DNA of 28,566 nucleotides from a virus (Duplodnaviria > Caudoviricetes). The position numbers and the translations under genes were made by a program. The notes beneath the pieces are model-generated. The model was not told where the DNA came from and searched no databases. It saw only the letters and a list, made by a program, of their open reading frames with translations. Positions 1-8,619 of this stretch are shown here, piece by piece; within the stretch, counting starts at the first letter, position 1; every line of letters begins with the position of its first letter. The DNA lies in IMG/VR virus record IMGVR_UViG_3300037751_000108, positions 1 through 28,566 of that record. The stretch is one strand, 5' to 3'.

Positions 1-156
1 AAAGCAAACGTAGAACCAATTGTTATCAAGAGGGGGGAAAAGGTTGCTCAGTTGACTATGAATCCCCACAGCACTGAGTTCTATATTGTCCAAGTCGATG
101 AGGTAGACACTAACACCTCTAGAGGCGAGGGTGGATTCGGATCAACCGGTGTCTAA
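1..156 (+). CDS. dut: dUTPase, C-terminal fragment (runs off window start)
   Basis: Frame 1 reads ...IVIKRGEKVAQL...TSRGEGGFGSTGV*: trimeric dUTPase motifs 4 and 5; stop TAA 154-156; absent from ORF track. Confidence 0.93.
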   Translation, partial: KANVEPIVIKRGEKVAQLTMNPHSTEFYIVQVDEVDTNTSRGEGGFGSTGV

Positions 157-556
157 GGTAGATAATCTTAAAGTTAAAGAATCCGACATGGAGAAGATAT
201 TTCGTCTTCTTCGTGAATTTATTCCTCAGGATGAGATTCATGTTATAAGTTACTGTCAGACAATAGACGCCCATGGTCGCATGGATAGCACAATGAAGTT
301 TGAACGAGTTGTAACCAAGTCATCACTAAATCTATCTAAAAACGTCAAAGAGCACCTTGAGGGAAGTATGCCACAGGCTTTAATGCGCTATTGTCGTGAG
401 TGGAACATACGAGATGAACATACTCACCTACGCTGTGCATACGATATACTTATTCCTAATGCTCCAGTTATAGCTAATTTAATGGAAAGAGAATTGTTCT
501 CTAAGTATAGCAACGAGTTTCATACCGAGCTAGAGAAGGCTCTAAAATCTAAGTAA
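149..556 (+). CDS. Hypothetical protein
   Basis: ORF in the operon; GTG at 149 overlapping the dut end is a plausible start (ATG 188 is an alternative); no recognisable motif. Confidence 0.65.
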   Translation: MSKVDNLKVKESDMEKIFRLLREFIPQDEIHVISYCQTIDAHGRMDSTMKFERVVTKSSLNLSKNVKEHLEGSMPQALMRYCREWNIRDEHTHLRCAYDILIPNAPVIANLMERELFSKYSNEFHTELEKALKSK

Positions 557-560
557 TCAG

Positions 561-581
561 GGTATAACTCCACAACGGAGT
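561..581 (+). promoter_or_regulatory. -10-like box GGTATAAC followed by SD-masking hairpin ACTCC-acaac-GGAGT
   Basis: TATAAC 563-568 in intergenic gap; 567-571 is the exact reverse complement of 577-581, which contains GGAG. Confidence 0.5.
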
Positions 582-1296
582 GAACTTGGATAGCATCGCA
601 AATCTTTTCAATACAACAGTACGCATAAAGACCTTCGAGCCAATGGACTCTTTAGCCCAGTGGCCTCATAACATAGAAATTTGCATCTGCAGAGTCCCTA
701 TTCGCAAGCGAGATGGCTACGATGTGGATAAGTTAATCGCTTTTGCTAAGAAGCTAAAAGCCCACATGGTCAAGAATGGTATCGTATTCCTAATATGCTA
801 CGCACCAGTAGAAGACAAGGCAAGGCCGTTTGAAGTAGGAAAAGCTATGACTGATGCTGGCTTTTACCATGTAGATAACATCATAATTGAGAAGAGCTGG
901 TTTCCGGGTAAGCGATCTGAAGCAAATCTAGTTAACTCACATGAGTATGTTCTTCACTTCTGTAACGGCAAGGTGTGGGCACTCGATAGACTGCCTATTC
1001 GTGAATACTTAAAGACTGGCGGTGATATGTCATGTCCTGGTAATACTTGGAAGGTAGAGACCGGCTCACTAGACGACTCGTATCCCGTAGACCTAGCTGA
1101 GCTCTTGATAAGGATGACAGATTGTCTTCCTGGTTCTGTAATCTTTGATCCGTACATGGGATCTTCAGCTGCACTTAGAACTGCCTTGAAACTTGGTCAC
1201 TCTTTCTATGGGTTCGAGAAAGACGAACGTAGAATGAAGAAGTACGATAAGATAATCAAGGAATTTTCAGGTGCAACCACAAGTAAAAAATCTTAG
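580..1296 (+). CDS. N6-adenine/N4-cytosine DNA methyltransferase-like protein (beta class), degenerate catalytic motif
   Basis: SHEYVLHF, GNTW, YPVDLAELLI, VIFDPYMGS (motif I), YGFEKD; the expected D/S-PPY is replaced by CRVPI; TTG 586 fits the GGAG SD better than GTG 580. Confidence 0.8.
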   Translation: MNLDSIANLFNTTVRIKTFEPMDSLAQWPHNIEICICRVPIRKRDGYDVDKLIAFAKKLKAHMVKNGIVFLICYAPVEDKARPFEVGKAMTDAGFYHVDNIIIEKSWFPGKRSEANLVNSHEYVLHFCNGKVWALDRLPIREYLKTGGDMSCPGNTWKVETGSLDDSYPVDLAELLIRMTDCLPGSVIFDPYMGSSAALRTALKLGHSFYGFEKDERRMKKYDKIIKEFSGATTSKKS

Positions 1297-1897
1297 AACA
1301 ATAGCTGAAGTAGTTAACGAGATGATGCAGGACAGCGGCAGGATATTCAACCCGCAAGTCGATGTTCCTCAGATACATGCATTTAACTTATATAACGCAT
1401 ATAAACATAAACTAACTAAAGAAGCACAGCAGGCAATTGAGGGAGTTAAAGTTCACCAACTCATACATGAGCGAAACGAGGATGTATCTGGTATATACGA
1501 GTTTCTAAAGTTACTCAATAAGACTGGAAATCAGGGTGCTGATGCTCGCATGCTTAGCATGTACAATGGAACATATAGACGCGTCATCGATAAAGTGGTG
1601 TTTATTGGTCGACTTGCTACTATCGATAAGTTAGAGACAGCAGTCGATAAGGTATGTCGTGGTCTAAATAGACTTGCTAAGAGAGGTTACATAACTGGAG
1701 CGCTAGAACCTTTAATTGGTATAAGACTACAGAGGACTAGTAAAAGGCAAAAACCCAAGGTCATAGTTGTATCTTATGTTGCCGTTACTGCAATTGGAGA
1801 GAAATATCTCAACGAGAAGATGAAGAAGGTGGAATTCCTAATAAAGTTTAAGGAGTCTAGATGCTATACGAGAAGAGCAAAGCCAAAGACATCATAG
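1271..1897 (+). CDS. Hypothetical protein
   Basis: 208-aa basic ORF filling the gap between the MTase-like gene and groEL; no motif recognised. Confidence 0.7.
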   Translation: MQPQVKNLRTIAEVVNEMMQDSGRIFNPQVDVPQIHAFNLYNAYKHKLTKEAQQAIEGVKVHQLIHERNEDVSGIYEFLKLLNKTGNQGADARMLSMYNGTYRRVIDKVVFIGRLATIDKLETAVDKVCRGLNRLAKRGYITGALEPLIGIRLQRTSKRQKPKVIVVSYVAVTAIGEKYLNEKMKKVEFLIKFKESRCYTRRAKPKTS

Positions 1898-3564
1898 CTG
1901 ACAAGAAGCAGCTTAATGGTATTGTCTTTGAGACCATCAACAACATGGCCATGATCGTGGGCGCAACCCTTGGTCCTGGTGGCCGTGGTGTACTTATTGA
2001 GCGTGATGGACTTTCTCCGCTAGTCACTAAAGACGGAGTTACTGTTGCTAAGTCACTAGGTATGGATAAAGCCGAGCATAACATCGTGGTTGAAGCTGCC
2101 AAAGAGATCTGTATCAATACTGCTAAGGAAGCTGGCGATGGTACCACAACCGCTATAGTTATGGCCAATGCTATTATCAAGCATGGACAAGAGTTCATCA
2201 GCTCTCATCCCAAATACAATCCTCAGCGTGTTGTTTCTGAACTTCAAGAATTATATGAAGATGTGATCGTTGACTATCTTAAGAAGAATGCTATTTCAAC
2301 TACTACGCCAGATGAACTTCGCAGCGTAGCTAAGGTGTCTTCTAACGGAGACGACAAGATCGCCTCTGCTGTTGTTGAGGCTGTTATGGCTGCAGGTGAC
2401 GACGGACAGGTTCTTATCGAAGAAGCTCAGGGCGATATCATGCGAGTTGAGACTATCGATGGCTATATCATCACTACTGGACTTAAAGAACTTGGTTCAA
2501 TGGGACCGGCATTTATCAACGATAAGACTGGGCAGCAAGCAAAGACAGACAACGGTATTGTGGTTCTGTACGACGGAACTATAAACGACCTAAATGTTCC
2601 TGCAAGACTGCAAGAAGTATATGAGCACTCAGAGAACATGGGGCAACCTATAATCATCATGGCCCACGACTTCTCTGATCTGGTTATTGATAGGTTCGTC
2701 AAGACAGTAAACGGTGGAATCACTGTGATCCCTGTTAAGACACCTATGTCAGGACTACCTAACTCCCGCTCAATGTTCCTGCAAGACATGGCAGCATATA
2801 CTGGTGCTACCGTATATAGTCCAATAAATCTAGACGATATGGATGAAGATGGCTTTGGTAACTTTGTTACCGCAAGAGTCAACATGTATGAGTCATTCAT
2901 CGTGTCTGAGGCTGACAGCGAAGCAATAGAAAAACGCATAGAAGAACTTAAGTCAGTGTCTAAAGCAGCACTAAGCGAGTTCGATCGCATGCATCTACGT
3001 GCAGCTATATCTAAATTGACAGGTGGTGTATCTACTATCTGGGTAGGTGGAGCATCAGAACTTGAAGTTAGAGAGAAGAAAGCTAGAGTTGAAGATGCTG
3101 TCGAGGCGGTTAGATCTGCTATTGCAGAAGGTGTTATTCCTGGTGGATGTAGTGTTCACTTAACTCTAGCTGAGATCATTAAGGGCCGTAAGGACTTCAA
3201 AGAGTCTTGGGCTATCATGGTGAATGCACTTGGTGAGCCATTTAAACTTCTGATGACTAATTGTGGTGAAGATCCAGACGAGGTACTAAGTTTGGGCATC
3301 GGACTTCCAACGAGCAAAGGACTTCCCGATAAGGTCTTTGATGCTAGAGATCACAAGGTCGTAGATCCATTCAAAGCAGGTATCATAGAACCAGCAAAGG
3401 TGTGCAGAGTAAGTATCGGTAACGCCTTATCTGTTGCATCACTACTGATTACACTTGGCGGAATCGTTGTTGTCCCGCGCGATTCAACACTAGAGAATCA
3501 GCTCGCTATGAGCAAGCAGGCCTTTAGAGACATGATGAGCGGCGGCGGAATAGGACAAGAATAA
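1861..3564 (+). CDS. groEL: Phage-encoded GroEL-like chaperonin (Cpn60)
   Basis: TLGPGGRGVLI, VTKDGVTVAK, AGDGTTTA, RVEDAVEAVRSA, EGVIPGGC, GIIEPAKV; SD AGGAG upstream. Confidence 0.97.
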   Translation: MLYEKSKAKDIIADKKQLNGIVFETINNMAMIVGATLGPGGRGVLIERDGLSPLVTKDGVTVAKSLGMDKAEHNIVVEAAKEICINTAKEAGDGTTTAIVMANAIIKHGQEFISSHPKYNPQRVVSELQELYEDVIVDYLKKNAISTTTPDELRSVAKVSSNGDDKIASAVVEAVMAAGDDGQVLIEEAQGDIMRVETIDGYIITTGLKELGSMGPAFINDKTGQQAKTDNGIVVLYDGTINDLNVPARLQEVYEHSENMGQPIIIMAHDFSDLVIDRFVKTVNGGITVIPVKTPMSGLPNSRSMFLQDMAAYTGATVYSPINLDDMDEDGFGNFVTARVNMYESFIVSEADSEAIEKRIEELKSVSKAALSEFDRMHLRAAISKLTGGVSTIWVGGASELEVREKKARVEDAVEAVRSAIAEGVIPGGCSVHLTLAEIIKGRKDFKESWAIMVNALGEPFKLLMTNCGEDPDEVLSLGIGLPTSKGLPDKVFDARDHKVVDPFKAGIIEPAKVCRVSIGNALSVASLLITLGGIVVVPRDSTLENQLAMSKQAFRDMMSGGGIGQE

Positions 3565-4265
3565 TGAAAGATCTATTAAAGAACAGAGTAGTTCAGCTTG
3601 GTTTAGCAGTCCTGATAGGTGCAGCGATCGGCGCATTGTTCTATCCGACTAAGAGAATTGAAGAACGTGTCAAACAAGAGTATCAGGAACGAGTAGAAAC
3701 TGAGCGTACAGAAAAAGAAACACTTCGCAAACAGTTGACTGAAGAGATAAATGAGCTAAGAGAAGAGAAGACTACTTTGACTGTAGAGACAACTAAGACT
3801 ATCGCTAAGTTAACTTATGAAGTTAGAGAGCTTCAATCTAAGAAGAAAGAGACCTTCTACAAGATCGTCAGACCAGATGGCACCATAGAGATACGTAAGT
3901 TTAAGGAGTCTGAGGTAAACGAGACTACGCAGGTAATCACATCAGTTCGAGAAGAGTTCGATCAGAAGATAGTTGAGATAGAAGACAGATGGAAGCGTGT
4001 CCACACTAAGCGAGTAGAAGATCTTAAGAAGGACTTTGACTCTAAAGAGAAGACCTACAAAGAGGTCATAGCTAAACTTGAATCAGAGAAGATCACTGAC
4101 ATCAATCCTAAGAAGTACGGTCTAGAGGTTGGATATCTATCCAGCCAACAGTACTACTTCCACGGTAACGTAGATGTGTTTGGTCCTGTTTTTATAGGTG
4201 TACACACCCAGACTAACTTCGGTAATGAGCACGCTGTAGGAGCAGGTATCGGTCTGAGGTTTTAA
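3564..4265 (+). CDS. Membrane-anchored coiled-coil protein with C-terminal beta-strand anchor ending in Phe
   Basis: N-terminal hydrophobic helix (VVQLGLAVLIGAAIGALFY), about 150 aa E/K-rich heptads, C-terminal alternating strands ending AVGAGIGLRF. Confidence 0.75.
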   Translation: MKDLLKNRVVQLGLAVLIGAAIGALFYPTKRIEERVKQEYQERVETERTEKETLRKQLTEEINELREEKTTLTVETTKTIAKLTYEVRELQSKKKETFYKIVRPDGTIEIRKFKESEVNETTQVITSVREEFDQKIVEIEDRWKRVHTKRVEDLKKDFDSKEKTYKEVIAKLESEKITDINPKKYGLEVGYLSSQQYYFHGNVDVFGPVFIGVHTQTNFGNEHAVGAGIGLRF

Positions 4266-4615
4266 TGCCTAAGTTTACGTTCGTATGTGAGAAATGCCAA
4301 CATTCCACGCAGAAGTTTACTTCGATCTCTAATAAAACAGTAAAATGTACTAAATGTGGTGAGGCTGCGCATCAGCAGCTGCCAAAGCTTGCTAACCCAG
4401 AAGTACGAGAAACAATTAACTCGTACACAGGTAAGAAGTGGAGGCAAGACCAGAAGGAGATGCTAGATGAGCGTCGCAGTGAATATTACTGGTCTGTTGA
4501 GGTACCTCGCCTTGTACAAAAATATAGCCTTGAAACTTGCTTGGAGCAAGGTTGGGTCTGGATTGACGATGACGGCAAGATGCATGTCCATAGCAAACCA
4601 CCTCACAAGCGCTAA
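4265..4615 (+). CDS. FmdB-like zinc-ribbon protein
   Basis: MPKFTFVCEKC...VKCTKCG matches the FmdB-type MPxYxYxCxxC...CxxCG pattern. Confidence 0.8.
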   Translation: MPKFTFVCEKCQHSTQKFTSISNKTVKCTKCGEAAHQQLPKLANPEVRETINSYTGKKWRQDQKEMLDERRSEYYWSVEVPRLVQKYSLETCLEQGWVWIDDDGKMHVHSKPPHKR

Positions 4616-4629
4616 AACATGGAGTTAAC

Positions 4630-5085
4630 ATGAACAACCTCTTTGTCGCTTGGTTCCTATCATTCGTGTCGATGCTTGGTGGTGCATACTTTGCCTTCGA
4701 GGCTGGGTTCTTCCAATACATATATGATGCCGATGCCTCTAAGCTGTGCTTCGTCATCTTGGCCTTATTTATGTTTGCTTATTGTAAGTTGGGCTACTTA
4801 TTGTTTAATAATGAAAAGCTTGCTTCTGAGAAATTAGACTCTGGTTACGAGATGGCCGATACATCTATGGCAATTGGCATGTTAGGTACCGTAGTTGGAT
4901 TCATCGTAATGTCATCTTCCTTTACGTCCGTAGACTTCTCAGACATCAACAACATCAAGGATCTGTTTAGACTTGCTACTAACGGTATGTCAACCGCACT
5001 ATACACCACCGCTTTCGGTCTAGTCTCAAATATAGTGCTGCGAGCATCTCACTTTACGGTGGAGAAGCTGATAGGTCGAAAATGA
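4630..5085 (+). CDS. MotA/TolQ/ExbB proton-channel family protein (minimal)
   Basis: Four hydrophobic segments; GMLGTVVGFI and GMSTALYTTAFGL match the conserved last two TM helices of TolQ/ExbB; SD GGAG at 4621. Confidence 0.85.
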   Translation: MNNLFVAWFLSFVSMLGGAYFAFEAGFFQYIYDADASKLCFVILALFMFAYCKLGYLLFNNEKLASEKLDSGYEMADTSMAIGMLGTVVGFIVMSSSFTSVDFSDINNIKDLFRLATNGMSTALYTTAFGLVSNIVLRASHFTVEKLIGRK

Positions 5086-5693
5086 GACGACCATATAACA
5101 CCTTCAAAAGCTTTGTAGATTTATTGTTTAATGTCTTGATGGGCTTTTTTATGTTATTGCTTATTGCAATGATCTTAGTCAAGCCAGACGCAACCAAGAA
5201 GAAAGACGTAGAGCTTAAGGCTGAGTATATGATTTCAATGGAGTGGCCTAATAAAAGCAGAGACGATGTTGATATGCTTATGAAAACACCGCTCAAGCAG
5301 TTCGTATACTACGGCAACAGAGATGTTCAGTCTGCCAGTTTAGATAGAGATGATCTAGGCGATGTCAACGACATTATGATCCTAGAGGATGGTACTCGAG
5401 TTGTTATCGAGGAAAATTGGGAGAATATCACCATCCGTAAGAGCGTAGAAGGAGAGTACGTAGTCAACGTGCTCATGTACAGTAAGAGAGATCCAGGTCC
5501 AACACCAGTTACAGTCAAGATAGTCCAGCTAAATCCTTATAGGCTTATATTCTCAACTACAGTAGATCTATATAGTATGCAGGAAGAGAAGACGATACTG
5601 CGATTCAACATAGACTCTAAGGGTAACGTGGGAGAAAGATCAACGTTACCGTACAGCATCACGAACAAAGTGCAGAGAAGACCTAGAAGATGA
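5082..5693 (+). CDS. ExbD/TolR/MotB-like single-pass membrane protein with YfaP/DUF2135-like soluble domain
   Basis: TM segment FVDLLFNVLMGFFMLL with intramembrane Asp; ATGA overlap with upstream gene; soluble part W..DDVDML..TP...LDRDD.G...ENI....GEYVVNV.MY. Confidence 0.7.
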   Translation: MRRPYNTFKSFVDLLFNVLMGFFMLLLIAMILVKPDATKKKDVELKAEYMISMEWPNKSRDDVDMLMKTPLKQFVYYGNRDVQSASLDRDDLGDVNDIMILEDGTRVVIEENWENITIRKSVEGEYVVNVLMYSKRDPGPTPVTVKIVQLNPYRLIFSTTVDLYSMQEEKTILRFNIDSKGNVGERSTLPYSITNKVQRRPRR

Positions 5694-6157
5694 TACTAGC
5701 CCACTTCACCGTATGCTTGATGTTACTCCTGACAGCTATATCCATTGGAATCATAGTTGTAAGCTCAAGCATGAAGCCGATATTAAAGATGGTCGTTGTT
5801 GCTCTACTTGTACTTAGCAGCACGATCTCATATCGGGCTCTCAACGATATATCTGGTTACCCCGTAGTTTTACAAGCTAGCTTCGAAGATGCACTAATCA
5901 TAAGTCACATGTTAGATAAGGATAGAAAGATCATACATGTGTGGATTAAGGCAGATGGCGAATCTGATCCTCGTAGTTACACTATTCCATTCACTAACAA
6001 GACAGCTAAGTTCTTGGAGGGTATGCGTCAGAAGCATAAAGGTAAGCCGTATAGAGTTGAGGTTCAAACCACAACTAACTCATTGTCTCCTCTCAATCAG
6101 TCGATTGAGGATGTTGAGATGGGAGAGCTGATTGTCCTTCCCCCTAAGATACACTAA
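5690..6157 (+). CDS. Two-TM membrane protein, third gene of the ExbB/ExbD-like module
   Basis: Two N-terminal hydrophobic helices, then soluble domain (GYP, IHVWI, PRSYTIPF, LPPK); ATGA overlap. Confidence 0.75.
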   Translation: MILAHFTVCLMLLLTAISIGIIVVSSSMKPILKMVVVALLVLSSTISYRALNDISGYPVVLQASFEDALIISHMLDKDRKIIHVWIKADGESDPRSYTIPFTNKTAKFLEGMRQKHKGKPYRVEVQTTTNSLSPLNQSIEDVEMGELIVLPPKIH

Positions 6158-6170
6158 CCTTCAACCATCT

Positions 6171-6179
6171 TGGTAGAAT
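6171..6179 (+). promoter_or_regulatory. Extended -10 promoter TGGTAGAAT (leaderless sbcC)
   Basis: TGn+TAGAAT; ATG 6186 follows after a 6-nt spacer; no SD. Confidence 0.6.
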
Positions 6180-6185
6180 CACAAC

Positions 6186-7946
6186 ATGAAGGTTCTATCT
6201 CTCAAAATAGAAAATATTCTAAGTATCAAGGAGGCTCAAGTTGACTTCGAAGACTCAGGTCTTATTCTGGTCGAAGGCTGGAATTACGACGACGGACGTG
6301 CTAATGGCGCAGGAAAAACGGCGATCTTTAACGCATTGTCGTTTGCTCTATATGGCAAGCTACCGAGAAAGATTACAGCGTCAGAAATTCTCCGAAAGGG
6401 AACTAAGACAGCTTATGCAGAAGCGGTAGTGGCCGCTGACGACGGCGTATATACAGTACGTCGGGAAAGACCTAAGGGGCTGTCGTTTAAGAAGAACGGC
6501 AATGAAGAGGTTATGACTCAGGAAGAGTTTGAGCACAAGATCAAGCTATCCTACGATCAATTTCTGATATCTATGTATACCGCACAGCAATCTCAGAACA
6601 AGTTCCTAAGTCTCAACGATACACAGAAGAAAGACTTCTTACTGCAGTTGATGAACTTGCATGAATTTGCTATGTGCAAGAAAGAGGCTGAATTTGAAGC
6701 TAAGTCGTTAGAGCAAAGAATCTCAGACGAGACGGTTAAGATAGAAAAAGCCAAATCAAAGATTGACGCCTACAACGAGTCAGTAGACATAGAGTATTCA
6801 AAGCAGATTATCGATAATGCCGCAGTTGAAATAGATAAAATGACATCTGAGATTCAAGAGCTACAGCTTGTTCTTAAACCCGATCTTAGTAAGTATTTTA
6901 AATTAGAAACAGATGTACAGGGTAAGCTTGAGAAACTGGCCACAATTAGGTATGCTAGAAATAAAGAGCACGAAGAGTTTAATACTCTTTCCAGGATGAT
7001 ACATCCCTTTAAACCAACTGCACCCGATGCTGAATGTCCTCACTGTCATGGTGAGCTAATGGTTCAAGGTAAGTCTGTCTCTAAACCAGGAGATACAGCT
7101 ATTCATAAGGCAAACCATGAAGCTAAGATGAATGAATACAGAGAGCAGATGAAAGCCAAGAAGGATCTTATAGATCAGTATGATGTTCAGCTGGCTCAGG
7201 AAAATCAGCTACGCAATCTGTTGAGTAAGTCTAGGGAGAAGAAAGACCAGGAGGCTCGTGGCTACAACACTGCCCAAAGCAGAATCAATGAGCTACTAAC
7301 GGGCATTAGATCTCGTGAAAGCATGATCTCTAGAGAAACGGCCAACATAGAAAAGGCTAGTGACCTTAAAAACAAGATTGATGTCCTGAAGCAATATATC
7401 ATCAAGGCCACAGAGACGATTTCCGAAGACAGCGCAAAGCAGGAACTCTACAAAGCAGTGTCAACCATGTATGCTCCAACTGGAGCTCCGGCATATATTA
7501 TGGACTCTATCGTGGATTCTTTTAACGAGATAGTCAGTGACCATATATCTCTGGTGTGGCCAAATGCCTCGTATTCTCTCCAGTCGTATAAGGAAAATAA
7601 GTCGGGTGACTTAACAGCTAAGTTCTCAGAATCACTAGTCATTGACGGTAAGCAGAGATCCATTGGAAGCCTGTCTGGTGGTGAGCAGAGAGCCCTATCG
7701 CTATCTATCGATTTCGCCATAATTGACATCCTGAGTCAGCAGTTTGGCATGCCCCTAAACCCTGTTATCATGGACGAACCTTTCGAGGGGTTGGATGCTA
7801 CAGGTAGAGAGATAGTGATTGAGCTGTTAAATAAGCTATCCATGTCACGTCAGATCTGGGTTATTGACCATATGTCAGAAAGTAAAAGTATGTTCAGCAC
7901 AATAGTTAGGATAGAAAAGAGAAACGGCATATCTACTATTGTTTAA
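6186..7946 (+). CDS. sbcC: SbcC/Rad50/gp46-like SMC ATPase
   Basis: Walker A NGAGKT, Q-loop, coiled coils with CPHC zinc hook, signature LSGGE, Walker B IMDEPFEGLD, H-loop VIDH. Confidence 0.95.
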   Translation: MKVLSLKIENILSIKEAQVDFEDSGLILVEGWNYDDGRANGAGKTAIFNALSFALYGKLPRKITASEILRKGTKTAYAEAVVAADDGVYTVRRERPKGLSFKKNGNEEVMTQEEFEHKIKLSYDQFLISMYTAQQSQNKFLSLNDTQKKDFLLQLMNLHEFAMCKKEAEFEAKSLEQRISDETVKIEKAKSKIDAYNESVDIEYSKQIIDNAAVEIDKMTSEIQELQLVLKPDLSKYFKLETDVQGKLEKLATIRYARNKEHEEFNTLSRMIHPFKPTAPDAECPHCHGELMVQGKSVSKPGDTAIHKANHEAKMNEYREQMKAKKDLIDQYDVQLAQENQLRNLLSKSREKKDQEARGYNTAQSRINELLTGIRSRESMISRETANIEKASDLKNKIDVLKQYIIKATETISEDSAKQELYKAVSTMYAPTGAPAYIMDSIVDSFNEIVSDHISLVWPNASYSLQSYKENKSGDLTAKFSESLVIDGKQRSIGSLSGGEQRALSLSIDFAIIDILSQQFGMPLNPVIMDEPFEGLDATGREIVIELLNKLSMSRQIWVIDHMSESKSMFSTIVRIEKRNGISTIV

Positions 7947-8556
7947 ATTTCCATATGTATTTTTTATAGGACTTTGACTTACCAAGTATTGATGCTTTTA
8001 TTCCACTGGCAAAAAATTCACCCTTTCTTTCATTGATATGTGAAAGCTCAATAATTTGCCCTGTTTCTATATGGATACCAATAACTGGTTTTTTCCTGCT
8101 ATTGCTTAATTTACTTCTATGTTTTTTACTCTTGCTGCTTGCTTTCTGTGATTTACTCATATTAAGTCTAGCATCTTTAGACATGGTTTTACCTTTATTC
8201 CATGGTTCACCATATTGCCTATTTTGTGATATTTTGATTTTTGTTTCAGGGCTATGTTTGCGGCCCAATGTGTTACCCGCAATTTTACATATGTTATATT
8301 CAGGTTTAATTGTGTCTAAATAGTGCTGTTCTCGCTCTAGGCAGTCTTTCTTACTGCATTCTTCTATAATTTCAAATGTAAAGGCGCCTTCTCCATATTT
8401 GTTCCATGATTTTTGCAGATAATCATTATGGTGCTTATTTGATCTTAGTGCAGTTCGATGTGATTTCCATCTCGCCTTAAATCCGTACCTATCAGCTGTA
8501 CTGCCTATGTATACCTTATTGTTAATATTGTTACGGATTGCATAAATACCATTCAT
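7936..8556 (-). CDS. Free-standing GIY-YIG homing endonuclease with NUMOD3-like DNA-binding motif
   Basis: GIYAIRN...VYIGST, RWKSH, LEREQHYLD, PEYN, GRKHSPETKIKIS; only convincing minus-strand gene; visibly AT-rich. Confidence 0.93.
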   Translation of the reverse strand: MNGIYAIRNNINNKVYIGSTADRYGFKARWKSHRTALRSNKHHNDYLQKSWNKYGEGAFTFEIIEECSKKDCLEREQHYLDTIKPEYNICKIAGNTLGRKHSPETKIKISQNRQYGEPWNKGKTMSKDARLNMSKSQKASSKSKKHRSKLSNSRKKPVIGIHIETGQIIELSHINERKGEFFASGIKASILGKSKSYKKYIWKFKQ

Positions 8557-8562
8557 TATTAC

Positions 8563-8571
8563 ATCTTATCA
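8563..8571 (-). promoter_or_regulatory. Extended -10 promoter TGATAAGAT for the GIY-YIG gene (leaderless)
   Basis: Minus strand reads TGA-TAAGAT-gtaata-ATG; 6-nt spacer. Confidence 0.5.
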
Positions 8572-8604
8572 CGTGTGTGAAGCTAAATGAACACATTAAT
8601 TTTC

Positions 8605-8613
8605 TGGTATAAT
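8605..8613 (+). promoter_or_regulatory. Extended -10 promoter TGGTATAAT (leaderless kinase gene)
   Basis: Consensus TGnTATAAT, 6 nt before ATG 8620. Confidence 0.7.
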
Positions 8614-8619
8614 AAACCT

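Noticed and set aside
4630-5693. Zorya (ZorAB) or flagellar stator call
   Set aside because: No long ZorA tail, no OmpA-like peptidoglycan-binding domain, no zorC/D/E or flagellar genes
8587-8619. Longer starts from the ORF track (8587, 15994, 17814, 20964, 23916, 131)
   Set aside because: Promoter boxes or SD sequences point to downstream starts; the extensions overlap promoters or upstream genes
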